Shown here piece by piece: positions 40,830-50,251 of a DNA stretch of 64,000 nucleotides (the first letter of the stretch is position 1; every line of letters begins with the position of its first letter). Source of the stretch: an uncultured Chloroflexia bacterium (GTDB lineage: Bacteria > Chloroflexota > Limnocylindria > Limnocylindrales > CSP1-4); NCBI GenBank assembly GCA_963768655.1, contig CAVYIM010000003.1:608001-672000 (forward strand), given 5' to 3'. The translations under genes were made by a program, and so were the position numbers. The notes under the pieces were generated by a model. It made no database searches and was not told where the DNA came from. It saw only the letters and a list, made by a program, of their open reading frames with translations.

Positions 40830-41650
40830 TGGCTGCCGGCACTCCGTCTGCGGCGGGCCGCGGGCTCCTGTTCGGCCTGACGTTGCATCCCTCGTTCCGA
40901 GTTCTCGAGCACGACCTGCTGGTCTTTCGGCGGGGCTGGCACAGCTACATCCTGTCCGGTCTCAGCCAGCCGTTCCTGTACCTGCTGTCGATGGGCGTCG
41001 GCCTGGGCTATTACGTGAACCGCAATGGCGGGCTGCCCGGCGGCGTTCCTTATCTGGACTACATCGCGCCGGCGCTGCTGGTCACGCAGGCCATGATGGT
41101 CGCCAGCGCCGAATTGGCCTGGCCGACCATGAGCAAGTTCGCCTGGGAGAAGACGTACCTGGCGGCCCTCAACACTCCGCTCGGGTCCACGAACCTGCTC
41201 GCCGGCGACATGATGTGGATCGCCTTTCGGGCGACGCTGATCTCGGTCCTGTTCTTCGGCGTCATCCTGCTGTTCGGGGCCGTCGGCTCGCCGCTCGCCA
41301 TCCTGGCCGTCCCGGTCGCGGTGCTGACCGCGATGTCCTTCGCCGCCCCGATCATCGCCTTCACTGCGACGCAGAAGACCGACCAGCCCTTCAACATGCT
41401 GTTCCGGTTCGGCATCACGCCGCTCTTCCTGTTCAGCGGCACTTTCTTCCCGATCGACAATCTGCCGCTCTTCATCCGACCGCTGGCCTGGTTCACGCCG
41501 CTCTACCACGGCGTCAGCCTGGCCCGGAGCTTCTCGCTGGGCCAGATCGACCCGATCGGCGAGGTCGTCCACTTCGCCGTCCTGGGCGCGTTCGTGGTGT
41601 TTGGACTGGTCGCCGCGCGGATCACATTCCGGCGCAGGCTGGAAGTCTGA
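40826..41650 (+). CDS. ABC-2 exporter permease (NodJ-like)
   Basis: PFLYLLSMGVGLG, PLFLFSGTFFP, TPLYHGV. Confidence 0.9.
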   Translation: MMAAGTPSAAGRGLLFGLTLHPSFRVLEHDLLVFRRGWHSYILSGLSQPFLYLLSMGVGLGYYVNRNGGLPGGVPYLDYIAPALLVTQAMMVASAELAWPTMSKFAWEKTYLAALNTPLGSTNLLAGDMMWIAFRATLISVLFFGVILLFGAVGSPLAILAVPVAVLTAMSFAAPIIAFTATQKTDQPFNMLFRFGITPLFLFSGTFFPIDNLPLFIRPLAWFTPLYHGVSLARSFSLGQIDPIGEVVHFAVLGAFVVFGLVAARITFRRRLEV

Positions 41651-42459
41651 TGCTCGCCCTGCGCCTCTCCGCTCCGGTAGCCCTGGTCCGACCGACCCGC
41701 ATGGTCGAGCGCAACCTGATGGTCTACCGGCGGACCTTCATGGTCATCTTCTCCGGCTTCTTCGAGCCGCTGTTCTACCTGTTCTCGATGGGCTTCGGGG
41801 TGGGCGCGCTCATCGGGTCGGTCCAGCTGGACAACGGCAGCAGCGTCCCCTACGCGGTATTCGTGGCCCCGGCGCTCCTGGCCTCGTCGGCGATGAACGG
41901 CGCCATCTACGAGACCTCGAACAACTTCTTCTACAAGCTCAAGTACGCGAAGCTGTACGACGCGGTCATCGCCACGCCCATGTCGCTGAGCGACGTGGCC
42001 CGGGGCGAGATCCTGTGGGCCCTGCTGCGCGGCAGCCTGTACGTCGTCGGATTCCTGGTCGTGATCGCCGTGCTGGGCATCGGAGGCCTGGGCCTGATCA
42101 GCTCGCCGCTCGGGATCCTCGCTTTCCCGGCCGCGATGGTCGTGGGCTTCGGCTTCGCCGGCGCCGGCATGGCCGCCTCGACGTTCGTCCGCAAATGGCA
42201 GGATTTCGACATCCTGCAGCTGGCGATCATGCCGATGTTCCTGTTCTCGGGCACGTTCTACCCGATCACCGCCTATCCGCCGGCGCTCCAGGTCTTCGTC
42301 CAGTGCACGCCGCTCTACCGCGGCGTCCACCTCATCCGCGCCCTGACGACGGGCACGCCCGACCTGTGGATGATCGCCGACGTCGTCTACCTGGTGGTGA
42401 TGGGGCTGATCGGCCTGGCCATCGTGGCGCGCCGGCTGGAGCGGCTGCTGGGGGCGTAG
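41650..42459 (+). CDS. ABC-2 exporter permease, second paralog
   Basis: SGFFEPLFYL, MPMFLFSGTFYP, TPLYRGV; TGATG coupling to the previous gene. Confidence 0.9.
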   Translation: MLALRLSAPVALVRPTRMVERNLMVYRRTFMVIFSGFFEPLFYLFSMGFGVGALIGSVQLDNGSSVPYAVFVAPALLASSAMNGAIYETSNNFFYKLKYAKLYDAVIATPMSLSDVARGEILWALLRGSLYVVGFLVVIAVLGIGGLGLISSPLGILAFPAAMVVGFGFAGAGMAASTFVRKWQDFDILQLAIMPMFLFSGTFYPITAYPPALQVFVQCTPLYRGVHLIRALTTGTPDLWMIADVVYLVVMGLIGLAIVARRLERLLGA

Positions 42460-42492
42460 GGGGCGGGGCGCAGCACGCTACACTCGGCATCG

Positions 42493-43056
42493 ATGACTGC
42501 TGCTGAACTGCTGAACGTCGAGGCGCTGCAGAGGCTGGGTGAGGGGCAGGGTCGGCTGCGAGTCCACATCGACGAACCGCCCGGGCTAACCGCGCCTGCG
42601 CGTTTCACCGCGCGTGAGATCCTGACCCAGGCGTCTGGAAAAGTGGTCGGGCGAGTGGGTGCCAGGGGACCGGTCACCGATATCATCGGCACCTATTGGG
42701 GTAGCCCCCGCCTTATGAGCGACCGACTGGTGTCGTGGCTTACGGACCACAACGTAACCGGCTGGCGCGCGGTCCCGGTCGAGATCGAGAACGAACCGGC
42801 TTTGGGGCCCTTGTGGCTTCTGGTCGTAACTGGTAGGGCCGGGCCGGTCTACGGAGTCGACGAGAAGTACCGCGAAGGATTGCCCGCCTTCGGCTACTTC
42901 CTGGACCCGGCGGAATGGGACGGATCGGACCTCTTCGTCCCGGCCAATACGTCCGAGGTCCTCGTGACCGCCCCGTGCGCCGACCTGCTCAAGAAGGCTC
43001 GCTTCAGGAATCTCCGACTGGAGCCAGCAAGCCTGGAGACGAAACCCCACTCCTGA
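42493..43056 (+). CDS. Hypothetical protein, resembles Imm11/DUF1629-type immunity proteins
   Basis: LMSDRLVSWL...VTGWRAVPV and WDGSDLF...VLVT...LKKARFRNL; TACACT upstream. Confidence 0.6.
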   Translation: MTAAELLNVEALQRLGEGQGRLRVHIDEPPGLTAPARFTAREILTQASGKVVGRVGARGPVTDIIGTYWGSPRLMSDRLVSWLTDHNVTGWRAVPVEIENEPALGPLWLLVVTGRAGPVYGVDEKYREGLPAFGYFLDPAEWDGSDLFVPANTSEVLVTAPCADLLKKARFRNLRLEPASLETKPHS

Positions 43057-43231
43057 GCCGAACGCAGGCCTCGAACGCAAATTCGCGCACGCCAGTCCGG
43101 GACCATGGTGCTGACGCCGATCCTGTCCGGCTCAGTCGGACATTCGCAGGATCGCGGTGCGCGGCGGCGCGAGCCCGACTGCGGCGCGGCCGCCGCCGCC
43201 CTTGGCCCGCCTCTCGTATCCTTTCAGGCTG

Positions 43232-44359
43232 ATGGCTACCGAACGCAGCTACTACGAGATCCTCGGCGTGGAGCGCAACGCCGACGACGCCGCGATCAAG
43301 CGCGCCTTTCGCAAGCTGGCCCAGCAGTGGCATCCGGACGTCAGCTCGGAGCCGGGCGCGGCCGAGCGGTTCAAGGAGATCAACGAGGCATACCAGGTAC
43401 TGTCCGATCCGAAGCGGCGCCAGATCTACGACATGGTGGGGCGGTCCGGCCTCGGCGACATGGGCGGCGCCGGCTCGCCGTTCGGGGAGGGCTTCCCCGG
43501 GTTCGGCGATCTGTTCGATGCTTTCTTCGCCGGCATGGGCGGCGCGCCGGGTGGGGCCAGGCGCGGCCGGCGGCCGGCGGGCTCCGATCTCAGATACGAC
43601 CTGCGGATCAGCTTCGACGAGGCGGTGCGCGGCATCGAGCGCGAGATCGAGTTCGACGCGCTCGACCGTTGCGGAACCTGCGCCGGCAGCGGGGCCGCGC
43701 CCGGCAGCACGTCCGCGCCGTGCTCGGCCTGCGGCGGACGGGGCGAGATCCGGGCCGTGCGCCAGACGATGCTCGGCCAGATGGTCAACGTCAGCGAATG
43801 CACACGCTGCCACGGCGAGGGGCGTGTGGTGGACACTCCCTGTCAGACGTGCCGCGGCGACGGTCGAGCGCAGAGGCGAAAGAAGCTGCGCGTCTCGATC
43901 CCGGCCGGCATCGACGAAGGGCATCAGATCCGGCTTTCGGGCGAAGGTGAGGCGGGGTCGCGGGGCGGGCCGCCGGGGAATCTGTATGTGGCGGTGCACG
44001 TCACGCCCCACGCCACGCTTCGCCGCGAGGGAACCGAGATCTTCCACGACCTGCAGCTCTCCATCGCTCAGGCCGCGCTCGGGACGCGGGCTCGAATCCC
44101 CACGATCGAAGGCGAGGAGGAGATGGAGATCCGGCCCGGAACGCAGCCCGGGACGGAGATCCGGCTGCGGGGCCGCGGCGTGCCGCACCTGCGCCGGCCC
44201 GGGACGCGCGGCGATCTCCACGTCATCGTCCACGTCAACGTGCCGACGAAGCTCTCGAAGCGGCAACGCCAGCTGCTCGAGGAGCTGGCTGCCGAGTCAG
44301 GCGAGGCCGTGCTGCCGGCCGGCGGCATCTTCGATCGGATGAAAGATGCCCTCGGCTGA
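43232..44359 (+). CDS. dnaJ: Chaperone DnaJ (class A)
   Basis: J-domain with HPD, G/F region, four CxxCxGxG motifs. Confidence 0.97.
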   Translation: MATERSYYEILGVERNADDAAIKRAFRKLAQQWHPDVSSEPGAAERFKEINEAYQVLSDPKRRQIYDMVGRSGLGDMGGAGSPFGEGFPGFGDLFDAFFAGMGGAPGGARRGRRPAGSDLRYDLRISFDEAVRGIEREIEFDALDRCGTCAGSGAAPGSTSAPCSACGGRGEIRAVRQTMLGQMVNVSECTRCHGEGRVVDTPCQTCRGDGRAQRRKKLRVSIPAGIDEGHQIRLSGEGEAGSRGGPPGNLYVAVHVTPHATLRREGTEIFHDLQLSIAQAALGTRARIPTIEGEEEMEIRPGTQPGTEIRLRGRGVPHLRRPGTRGDLHVIVHVNVPTKLSKRQRQLLEELAAESGEAVLPAGGIFDRMKDALG

Positions 44360-45428
44360 GGGCGAGGCGAACGGCGCGCAGGCTGGGGCGGGCGCGAGGA
44401 TCGAAGGCACGGCGGGCGAGGGCGCGGCCGCTGCCGATCTGGCCGGTGCGGTATCAGGGCCCGAGCCTGGCGAGCCGCTCGAGTACTCGGCGTTGGGCCC
44501 GGGCGTCTGGGTCGAGCTTTCGGTCGCCGCCGACATCGAGGCCGTCGAGGCGGTCAGCGAGATCCTGACCCGTTTCGCGCCGGGCGGGACCAGCGTCGAG
44601 CCGAGCTTCGGGCTGACCGACGAGGGGCTCGGTGCCGTCGTCGATCCGAGCAAGCCGGCGATCGTTCGGGCGTATCTGCCGGGGCTCGATCCGGCGGGCG
44701 TTCGGCAGGCGATCGCGGAGGCGACGAACGCTCTCGGCCACCTGCAGGCCTTCGGGCTGCGGCCTATCGGCGTGCTGACGACCCGCATCGTGCGCGAGGC
44801 CGATTGGGCCGAGGCGTGGAAGAGCCACTTTCCGGTGCTCCGGGTCGGGCGCCGGCTGGTCATCCGGCCGACGTGGCGCCGCCACCGCCGGCGGCTCGGC
44901 GACGTGGTCCTGTCGCTCGATCCGGGCATGGCCTTTGGGACGGGGCTTCATCCAACCACGCGGCTGTGCCTGGCAGCACTCGAGGCCCTCGCCGATGAGG
45001 GGCTGGTGGCCGATGCCCGCATCCTCGACGTCGGCTGCGGATCGGGGATCCTGGCGATCGCCGCCGGCAAGCTCGGCGCCCGCGACCTGCTCGGCGTCGA
45101 TACCGACCCGGTTGCCGTGGAATCGACCCTTGCCAACGCGCGCCTCAACCTGCTGACCCGCCGCATCCGCGTCCGCCAGGGCAGCGTCCCGACCGGGGAG
45201 CCCGCTTTCGACGTAGTCCTCGCCAACCTCATCGCCTCGCTCCTGGTCCAGCTGGCGTCCTCGCTTCGGGCGGAGCTGTCGCCGGGGGGCCGCATCCTGG
45301 CCTCGGGCATCTTCCGCGACCGCGAGGGCGACGTCTTCGCCGCCTTCCGCGCCGCGGGTCTGGAGATGGGCCGCCGCTGGGCCGAGGAGGATTGGGTCGC
45401 ACTCGAGGCGATCGCGCCGGGGATGTAG
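44346..45428 (+). CDS. prmA: Ribosomal protein L11 methyltransferase
   Basis: DWAEAWK, LDPGMAFGTGLHPTTRLC, LDVGCGSGIL; follows dnaJ. Confidence 0.95.
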   Translation: MPSAEGEANGAQAGAGARIEGTAGEGAAAADLAGAVSGPEPGEPLEYSALGPGVWVELSVAADIEAVEAVSEILTRFAPGGTSVEPSFGLTDEGLGAVVDPSKPAIVRAYLPGLDPAGVRQAIAEATNALGHLQAFGLRPIGVLTTRIVREADWAEAWKSHFPVLRVGRRLVIRPTWRRHRRRLGDVVLSLDPGMAFGTGLHPTTRLCLAALEALADEGLVADARILDVGCGSGILAIAAGKLGARDLLGVDTDPVAVESTLANARLNLLTRRIRVRQGSVPTGEPAFDVVLANLIASLLVQLASSLRAELSPGGRILASGIFRDREGDVFAAFRAAGLEMGRRWAEEDWVALEAIAPGM

Positions 45429-45742
45429 GGGCGGCGCCGGCGTGGGCGGCGCGGGCGTGGGCGGCGCCGGCCGGGGCGGCGCCGCGGGGCCGCCCATTTC
45501 CCAACTCCCGTGAGGAGGACATTGAGCAAGGTCCACGGGCGCTCCGAAGCGGGAGCGGCCGGATTGAGGGCGTCTTCGGCCGGGAACGCGGATCAGCCAC
45601 GCTTGCCTGAGCGTGAACACCGTTGTCGCCAGGGAAGACCGTTCGTGCTCGGGCGGCTTGCCTTTGCCCAATGTCCGCGCCATGGGAGATCGGCAAGTGC
45701 GCCGGCAGGCACCGCCACTGCGCGGCCGAGTACGATCTGGCG

Positions 45743-47200
45743 GTGAACGAGCGTCCCGCCACTCGCCCTGTCCATCGCGCGGCCATCGCCAACCTTGGCT
45801 GTAAGGTCAACCAGTCGGAGATGGACGCCGTCGAGCGGCTGCTGCGCCAGCGCGGCGTCGAGCTGGTGGGCGCGCACGAAGCGGCGGATCTCGTCGTCGT
45901 CAACACCTGCACCGTGACCTCCATCGCGGACCGCAAGTCGCGCCAGGTCGTTCGCCGGGCCCGCCGGGCCAACCCCGACGCGCAGGTCCTCGTCACCGGC
46001 TGTTCGGTGGCGATCGATCCGGAGTCGCTGGCCGGGGCCGATCCTCTGGCCCGACTCTTCGACAACGACTCGAAGGGCCGGCTGCCGGCCGAGATCGCGA
46101 GCCTGATCGAGCCTGGTGCCGGTCGGCCGATGCCGACGCTTTCGGGGGTCGATCGGGCGGTCGAGCCGGGGGTCGATCGGGCGGTCGAATCGAGCGCCGG
46201 CCGGGCGTTCGAAATCGAGGCCGACGAGGGCTCGATCGATGACGCCTTCGACGATAGGACCGACATCGACCGAACGCGCGCCTTCGTCAAGATCCAGGAC
46301 GGCTGCTCGTTCCATTGCACCTACTGCATCATTCCGCGCGCTCGTGGGCCGGAGCGTTCCATTCCCGCCGATGACGTCGTCGCTGAGGTCCGGCGCGCTG
46401 TGGCGGCCGGCCATCGAGAGGTGGTGCTGACCGGCATCAACGCCGGCACGTACGACGACGGGGGCGACTCGCTGCCGCGCCTGGTTCGCCGCATCCTGGC
46501 CGAGACGGTTGTGGAGCGGATCCGGCTGAGTTCGATCGAGCCGCAGCACGTCACCGCCGAGCTGCTCGAGGTCTGGTGCGGCTCGGCCGGGCGCTGCCTG
46601 CCGCACTTCCACATCCCGCTGCAATCCGGCGACGACACGATCCTGCGCCGCATGGGTCGCCGCTACGACGCCGCGTTCTACGCCGCGTTGGTGGGTCGGG
46701 TGCGGCGGGCCATCCCCGGGCTCGCCGTCCACGCGGACGTGATCGCGGGCTTCCCCGGCGAGGACGATGAGGCCTGGGCGCGGACGATGGCGCTCCTGCG
46801 GGACCTCGATCTGGCGGGTGTCCACGTCTTCCGGTACTCGGCGCGGCCGGGGACGCCGGCGGCGCGAATGGTCGGGCAGGTCGACGGGCGGACGAAGAAG
46901 CGGCGCTCGGCCGAGGCGCTGGCGCTTGCGGCGCAGGCGCGGGCGCGGTTTGCGGAGCGGCAACTCGGCCGCGAGCTGCGGGTCCTGTTCGAACAGCCAC
47001 TCCCCGATGGACGGTGGCTCGGTCATGCGGAGAGCCATGTCCCGGTCGCGGCGGCGCCGGCCAACGGCCGGTCGCTGGAGAACGCGATCGGCCTGATTCG
47101 CGCGGAGTCGATCGATCCGGCCACTCCCGACCGAATCGTGGGCAGGCTCCTGTCGATCTCAGCGGCGCAGGAACCTCTGGCGGAACCGGCCCTCAAGTAG
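45743..47200 (+). CDS. mtaB: tRNA methylthiotransferase MtaB (MiaB/RimO family)
   Basis: LGCKVNQSE, NTCTVT, VKIQDGCSFHCTYC, HIPLQSG, GFPGE; conserved position after prmA. Confidence 0.88.
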   Translation: MNERPATRPVHRAAIANLGCKVNQSEMDAVERLLRQRGVELVGAHEAADLVVVNTCTVTSIADRKSRQVVRRARRANPDAQVLVTGCSVAIDPESLAGADPLARLFDNDSKGRLPAEIASLIEPGAGRPMPTLSGVDRAVEPGVDRAVESSAGRAFEIEADEGSIDDAFDDRTDIDRTRAFVKIQDGCSFHCTYCIIPRARGPERSIPADDVVAEVRRAVAAGHREVVLTGINAGTYDDGGDSLPRLVRRILAETVVERIRLSSIEPQHVTAELLEVWCGSAGRCLPHFHIPLQSGDDTILRRMGRRYDAAFYAALVGRVRRAIPGLAVHADVIAGFPGEDDEAWARTMALLRDLDLAGVHVFRYSARPGTPAARMVGQVDGRTKKRRSAEALALAAQARARFAERQLGRELRVLFEQPLPDGRWLGHAESHVPVAAAPANGRSLENAIGLIRAESIDPATPDRIVGRLLSISAAQEPLAEPALK

Positions 47201-47252
47201 CAAGATCGACGTCGCCACAGCCTCGCCCCGTCGGGAGCATCAGGAGCGCGCC

Positions 47253-47600
47253 ATGCCGACCGATTGCCTGTTCTGCCGAATCATCGCCGGCGAGCTGCCA
47301 GCGTCCCAGGTTCATTCGGACGATTCGGTCGTCGCCATCCGCGACATCGCGCCCCAGGCCCCGACGCACATCCTGCTGCTGTCGCGAAAGCACATCGCCT
47401 CGGTGGGCGAGGTCGGCGAGAAGGATCGCGATCTGATCGGCACGATGTTCGCGGTGGGCGCGGAGCTGGCGGCGCGCGAGGGAATCGCCACCGGCGGCTA
47501 CCGCCTCGTCATGAATGTCGGCCGAAACGGCGGTCAGACGGTCGACCACCTGCACGTCCACCTGCTCGGCGGCCGCCCGATGGCCTGGCCTCCCGGCTGA
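47253..47600 (+). CDS. hinT: Histidine triad (HIT) nucleotide-binding protein
   Basis: CLFCRII, DIAPQAPTH, GQTVDHLHVHLLGGR. Confidence 0.93.
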   Translation: MPTDCLFCRIIAGELPASQVHSDDSVVAIRDIAPQAPTHILLLSRKHIASVGEVGEKDRDLIGTMFAVGAELAAREGIATGGYRLVMNVGRNGGQTVDHLHVHLLGGRPMAWPPG

Positions 47601-47623
47601 TCCGGGCGCAAAGCCTCCCGGCG

Positions 47624-49337
47624 CTAGCGCCTCCGGCCGCCGCCCGCCGGAGAGTGGCGTTGTTCGCGCACCGGCAGAGGCTCGTCGATCGCGGCCCAGG
47701 CCCGGACCCGGTCGCGCTGCACCTTGAAGGTGTGGGTTCGCGGGAAGTCGGCGTCGGGCCAGAGCCGCCAGCCGGCGACGCGCTGATGCACCGCAAGAGT
47801 CCGATTCGCCGCTCGAACGGCTGCCTCGATCTCGGAACGAACGCGGACCGGATCATCGAGCTCGGGGGCGCGGGTAGCATCGGCAGGCTCGTCGGGCTCG
47901 GGCAGCAGGGGCGCGCCGGGCGCCAGCACGACCGCCTCGATCCGGCCGGGCCGCGGCTCGACGACCACCGCGTCGCGGATGCCGGCGGTTCGGAGGGCGT
48001 TCTCGACGTCCTCGGGGTAGACGTTGAGGCCGTTAGGCAGGACGATGATGTCCTTCTTGCGGCCCATCAGAAATCAGGTGGCCGGACGCGTCGTGGCGGC
48101 CGATGTCGCCGGTTCGATACCAGCCGTCGGGCGTGAAGGAGCCGGCGTTCGCGCCGGGATCGCGCCAGTAGCCTGTGAAGAGCGTCGGCCCACAAACCAG
48201 GATCTCGCCGTCGTCGGCGAGCTTGACCTGGACCGGAGGGATCGTCCGGCCCACCGTCCCGAGGCCGTGGTCGCGCTGGTTCGTGGCCGAGGCGACGCCG
48301 CACTCGGTGGCGCCGTAGCCCTGCATGACCACGACCCCCAGGTCCTCCCAGGCCTGCTGCAGCGATGGCGGCAGGAACGCGGCCGCACAGACGATGAGAT
48401 TGAGCGAGCCGCCGAGCTGGCGATGGACCCGGGCGAAAAGGCGGCGACGGGCGGGGTAGGGGAGCCGGCGCGCGACCCGCCGCAGCCGATTGAAGGTGGC
48501 GAGCCTGCCCTGTCGGGCGACCTCGGTCTCGATGGCCGACCAGAAGAGGTCGACGATCTGAGGGACCAGCACGAGCGACGTCGTCCGATGGTCGCGGATC
48601 GCTTCGAAGACGACCCGCGGGTTGCGGCTGCGGATGTAGAGCACGTGGGCGCCGACGCTCATCGCGTAGAAGACGGTCGCGACCTGCTCCAGAAGATGCG
48701 AGAGCGGCAACAGTGAGACCGCTCGATGCTCCTGTTCGGGCAGGAGGTTGTGCGCCGCCTCCAGAGTGCCGATCAGGTTGCCGTGGGTCAGCATCACGCC
48801 CTTCGGCTCGCCGGTGGTGCCCGAGGTGAAGACGACCTCGGCGAGATCCTCGCGGCCGGGGCGCCGCCAGGAGCTCACCTGCGCCTCCCAGTCGGCCGGG
48901 AAGGTGGCGTCGGGTTCCGCGGCGAGTCGCTCCGCGACGGACGACGGGAAGTGCTCGAGGCGCGCGTCGGCCGGGTCCGGGGTGTCGCGGCCGGTGCCGA
49001 GCACGAGGTGGCGGGCATCCGCGCGGGCGGCGATGCGCTCGATGGCGCCGGGCGACATGCGCAAGTCCAGGGGCACGGTGGTGACGCCGGCGCGCATTGC
49101 CCCGAAGTAGAGGGCGGGCACGGCCGGACTCGAAGGCGCCCAGACCAGCAGTCGATCGCCGGGCGCCAGCCCCAACGCGCGAAGCCGCCAGGCGATGATC
49201 CGGCTGCGCCGGTTCAGCTCGCGGTAGGTCCAGTGCTCGGTCGCCCCATCGTCGCCGCGCATTCCGAAGGCGAACCGATCGCCGTACCGGGCTTCGCCCT
49301 GATCGATGATGTCGAGGAGGCTATCGAGGCGGTCCAT
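47624..49337 (-). pseudogene. Long-chain acyl-CoA synthetase (AMP-binding) split by a single +1 frameshift near 48071 (possible sequencing error)
   Basis: FTSGTTGEPKG, QGYGATE, GWYRTGDIG in one frame; MGRKKDIIVLPNGLNVYPEDVE...PRTHTFKV in the next. Confidence 0.8.
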
Positions 49338-49390
49338 CGCCAGCCATAGTACAGACATCGAATGCGCGTTCCCCCCGCCAGGTGGGCCGG

Positions 49391-49420
49391 TAGACAAGCG
49401 TGGGGGGATCGGGCTACACT
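49391..49420 (+). promoter_or_regulatory. rpsU promoter
   Basis: TAGACA-18-TACACT. Confidence 0.6.
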
Positions 49421-49516
49421 CCGCGGGCCCTGTTCGTGGGCGGTCTACGCGCGCTCCTCGGAGCGAAGATCCTGGACCGCGATCGCGAGCGAGCCCCAAA
49501 GGAGGTGAGTCCCGGA

Positions 49517-49702
49517 TTGGCAGAAGTCCGTGTGGGTGAGAACGAGAGCTTCGAGAGTGCCCTGCGCCGGTTCAACAAGAAGATCCAGCAGAGCGGCATC
49601 CTGGCCGAGGCCCGTCGCCGCGAGCACTACGAGAAGCCGAGCGTGAAGCGCAAGCGCAAGGAAGCGAAGCGCAAGAAGGTCGCCCGCCAGCAGCAGAGCT
49701 AG
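49517..49702 (+). CDS. rpsU: 30S ribosomal protein S21
   Basis: [15 protein letters not shown]...[12 protein letters not shown]; AAGGAGGTG SD, TTG start. Confidence 0.97.
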   Translation: MAEVRVGENESFESALRRFNKKIQQSGILAEARRREHYEKPSVKRKRKEAKRKKVARQQQS

Positions 49703-49776
49703 GCCCGACCGACACGCCGTCGATGGGTCGCGCGACCGTGCTGCAGATGCGCCACCCGCCCCGAGGTGCCACACCG

Positions 49777-50241
49777 GTGTCCCTCCGAGATCGACTCGAT
49801 ACCGAGCTGAAGGCCGCAATGCGGTCGCGTGACGCCATGCGCCTCGACGCTCTGCGCATGGTGCTCACCGCCGTCCAGCGCGCCGAGAAGGAAGGCAAGC
49901 ACAGGCTTTCCGACGAAGAGATGCTCGGCCTTCTGGCCCGCGAGCTCAAGGTCCGCCGCGAGTCGGTGGATACCTTCCGCGCCGGCGGCCGGCAGGACCT
50001 CGTTGCCAAAGAGGAGGCCGCCATCGCGGTCGTCTCTGAGTTCATGCCCCAACCACTGTCCGAAGCCGAGCTGCGGTCGATGGTCCAGGCTGCCATCGCC
50101 GAGTCCGGCGCCGCTTCGCCGCGGGACATCGGCAAGGTGATGGGCATTCTCTCGCCCCGGACCCGCGGCCGGGCCGACGGCAAAGCCGTCAGCCAGCTCG
50201 TGACGCAGCTGCTGGCCGCGCGAGCCGCCGGCGGATCGTGA
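49777..50241 (+). CDS. yqeY: GatB/YqeY domain protein
   Basis: LKAAMRSRD, RRESVDTFRAGGRQDL, DIGKVMG, GRADGK; follows rpsU. Confidence 0.93.
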   Translation: MSLRDRLDTELKAAMRSRDAMRLDALRMVLTAVQRAEKEGKHRLSDEEMLGLLARELKVRRESVDTFRAGGRQDLVAKEEAAIAVVSEFMPQPLSEAELRSMVQAAIAESGAASPRDIGKVMGILSPRTRGRADGKAVSQLVTQLLAARAAGGS

Positions 50242-50251
50242 CCGTGAAGCC

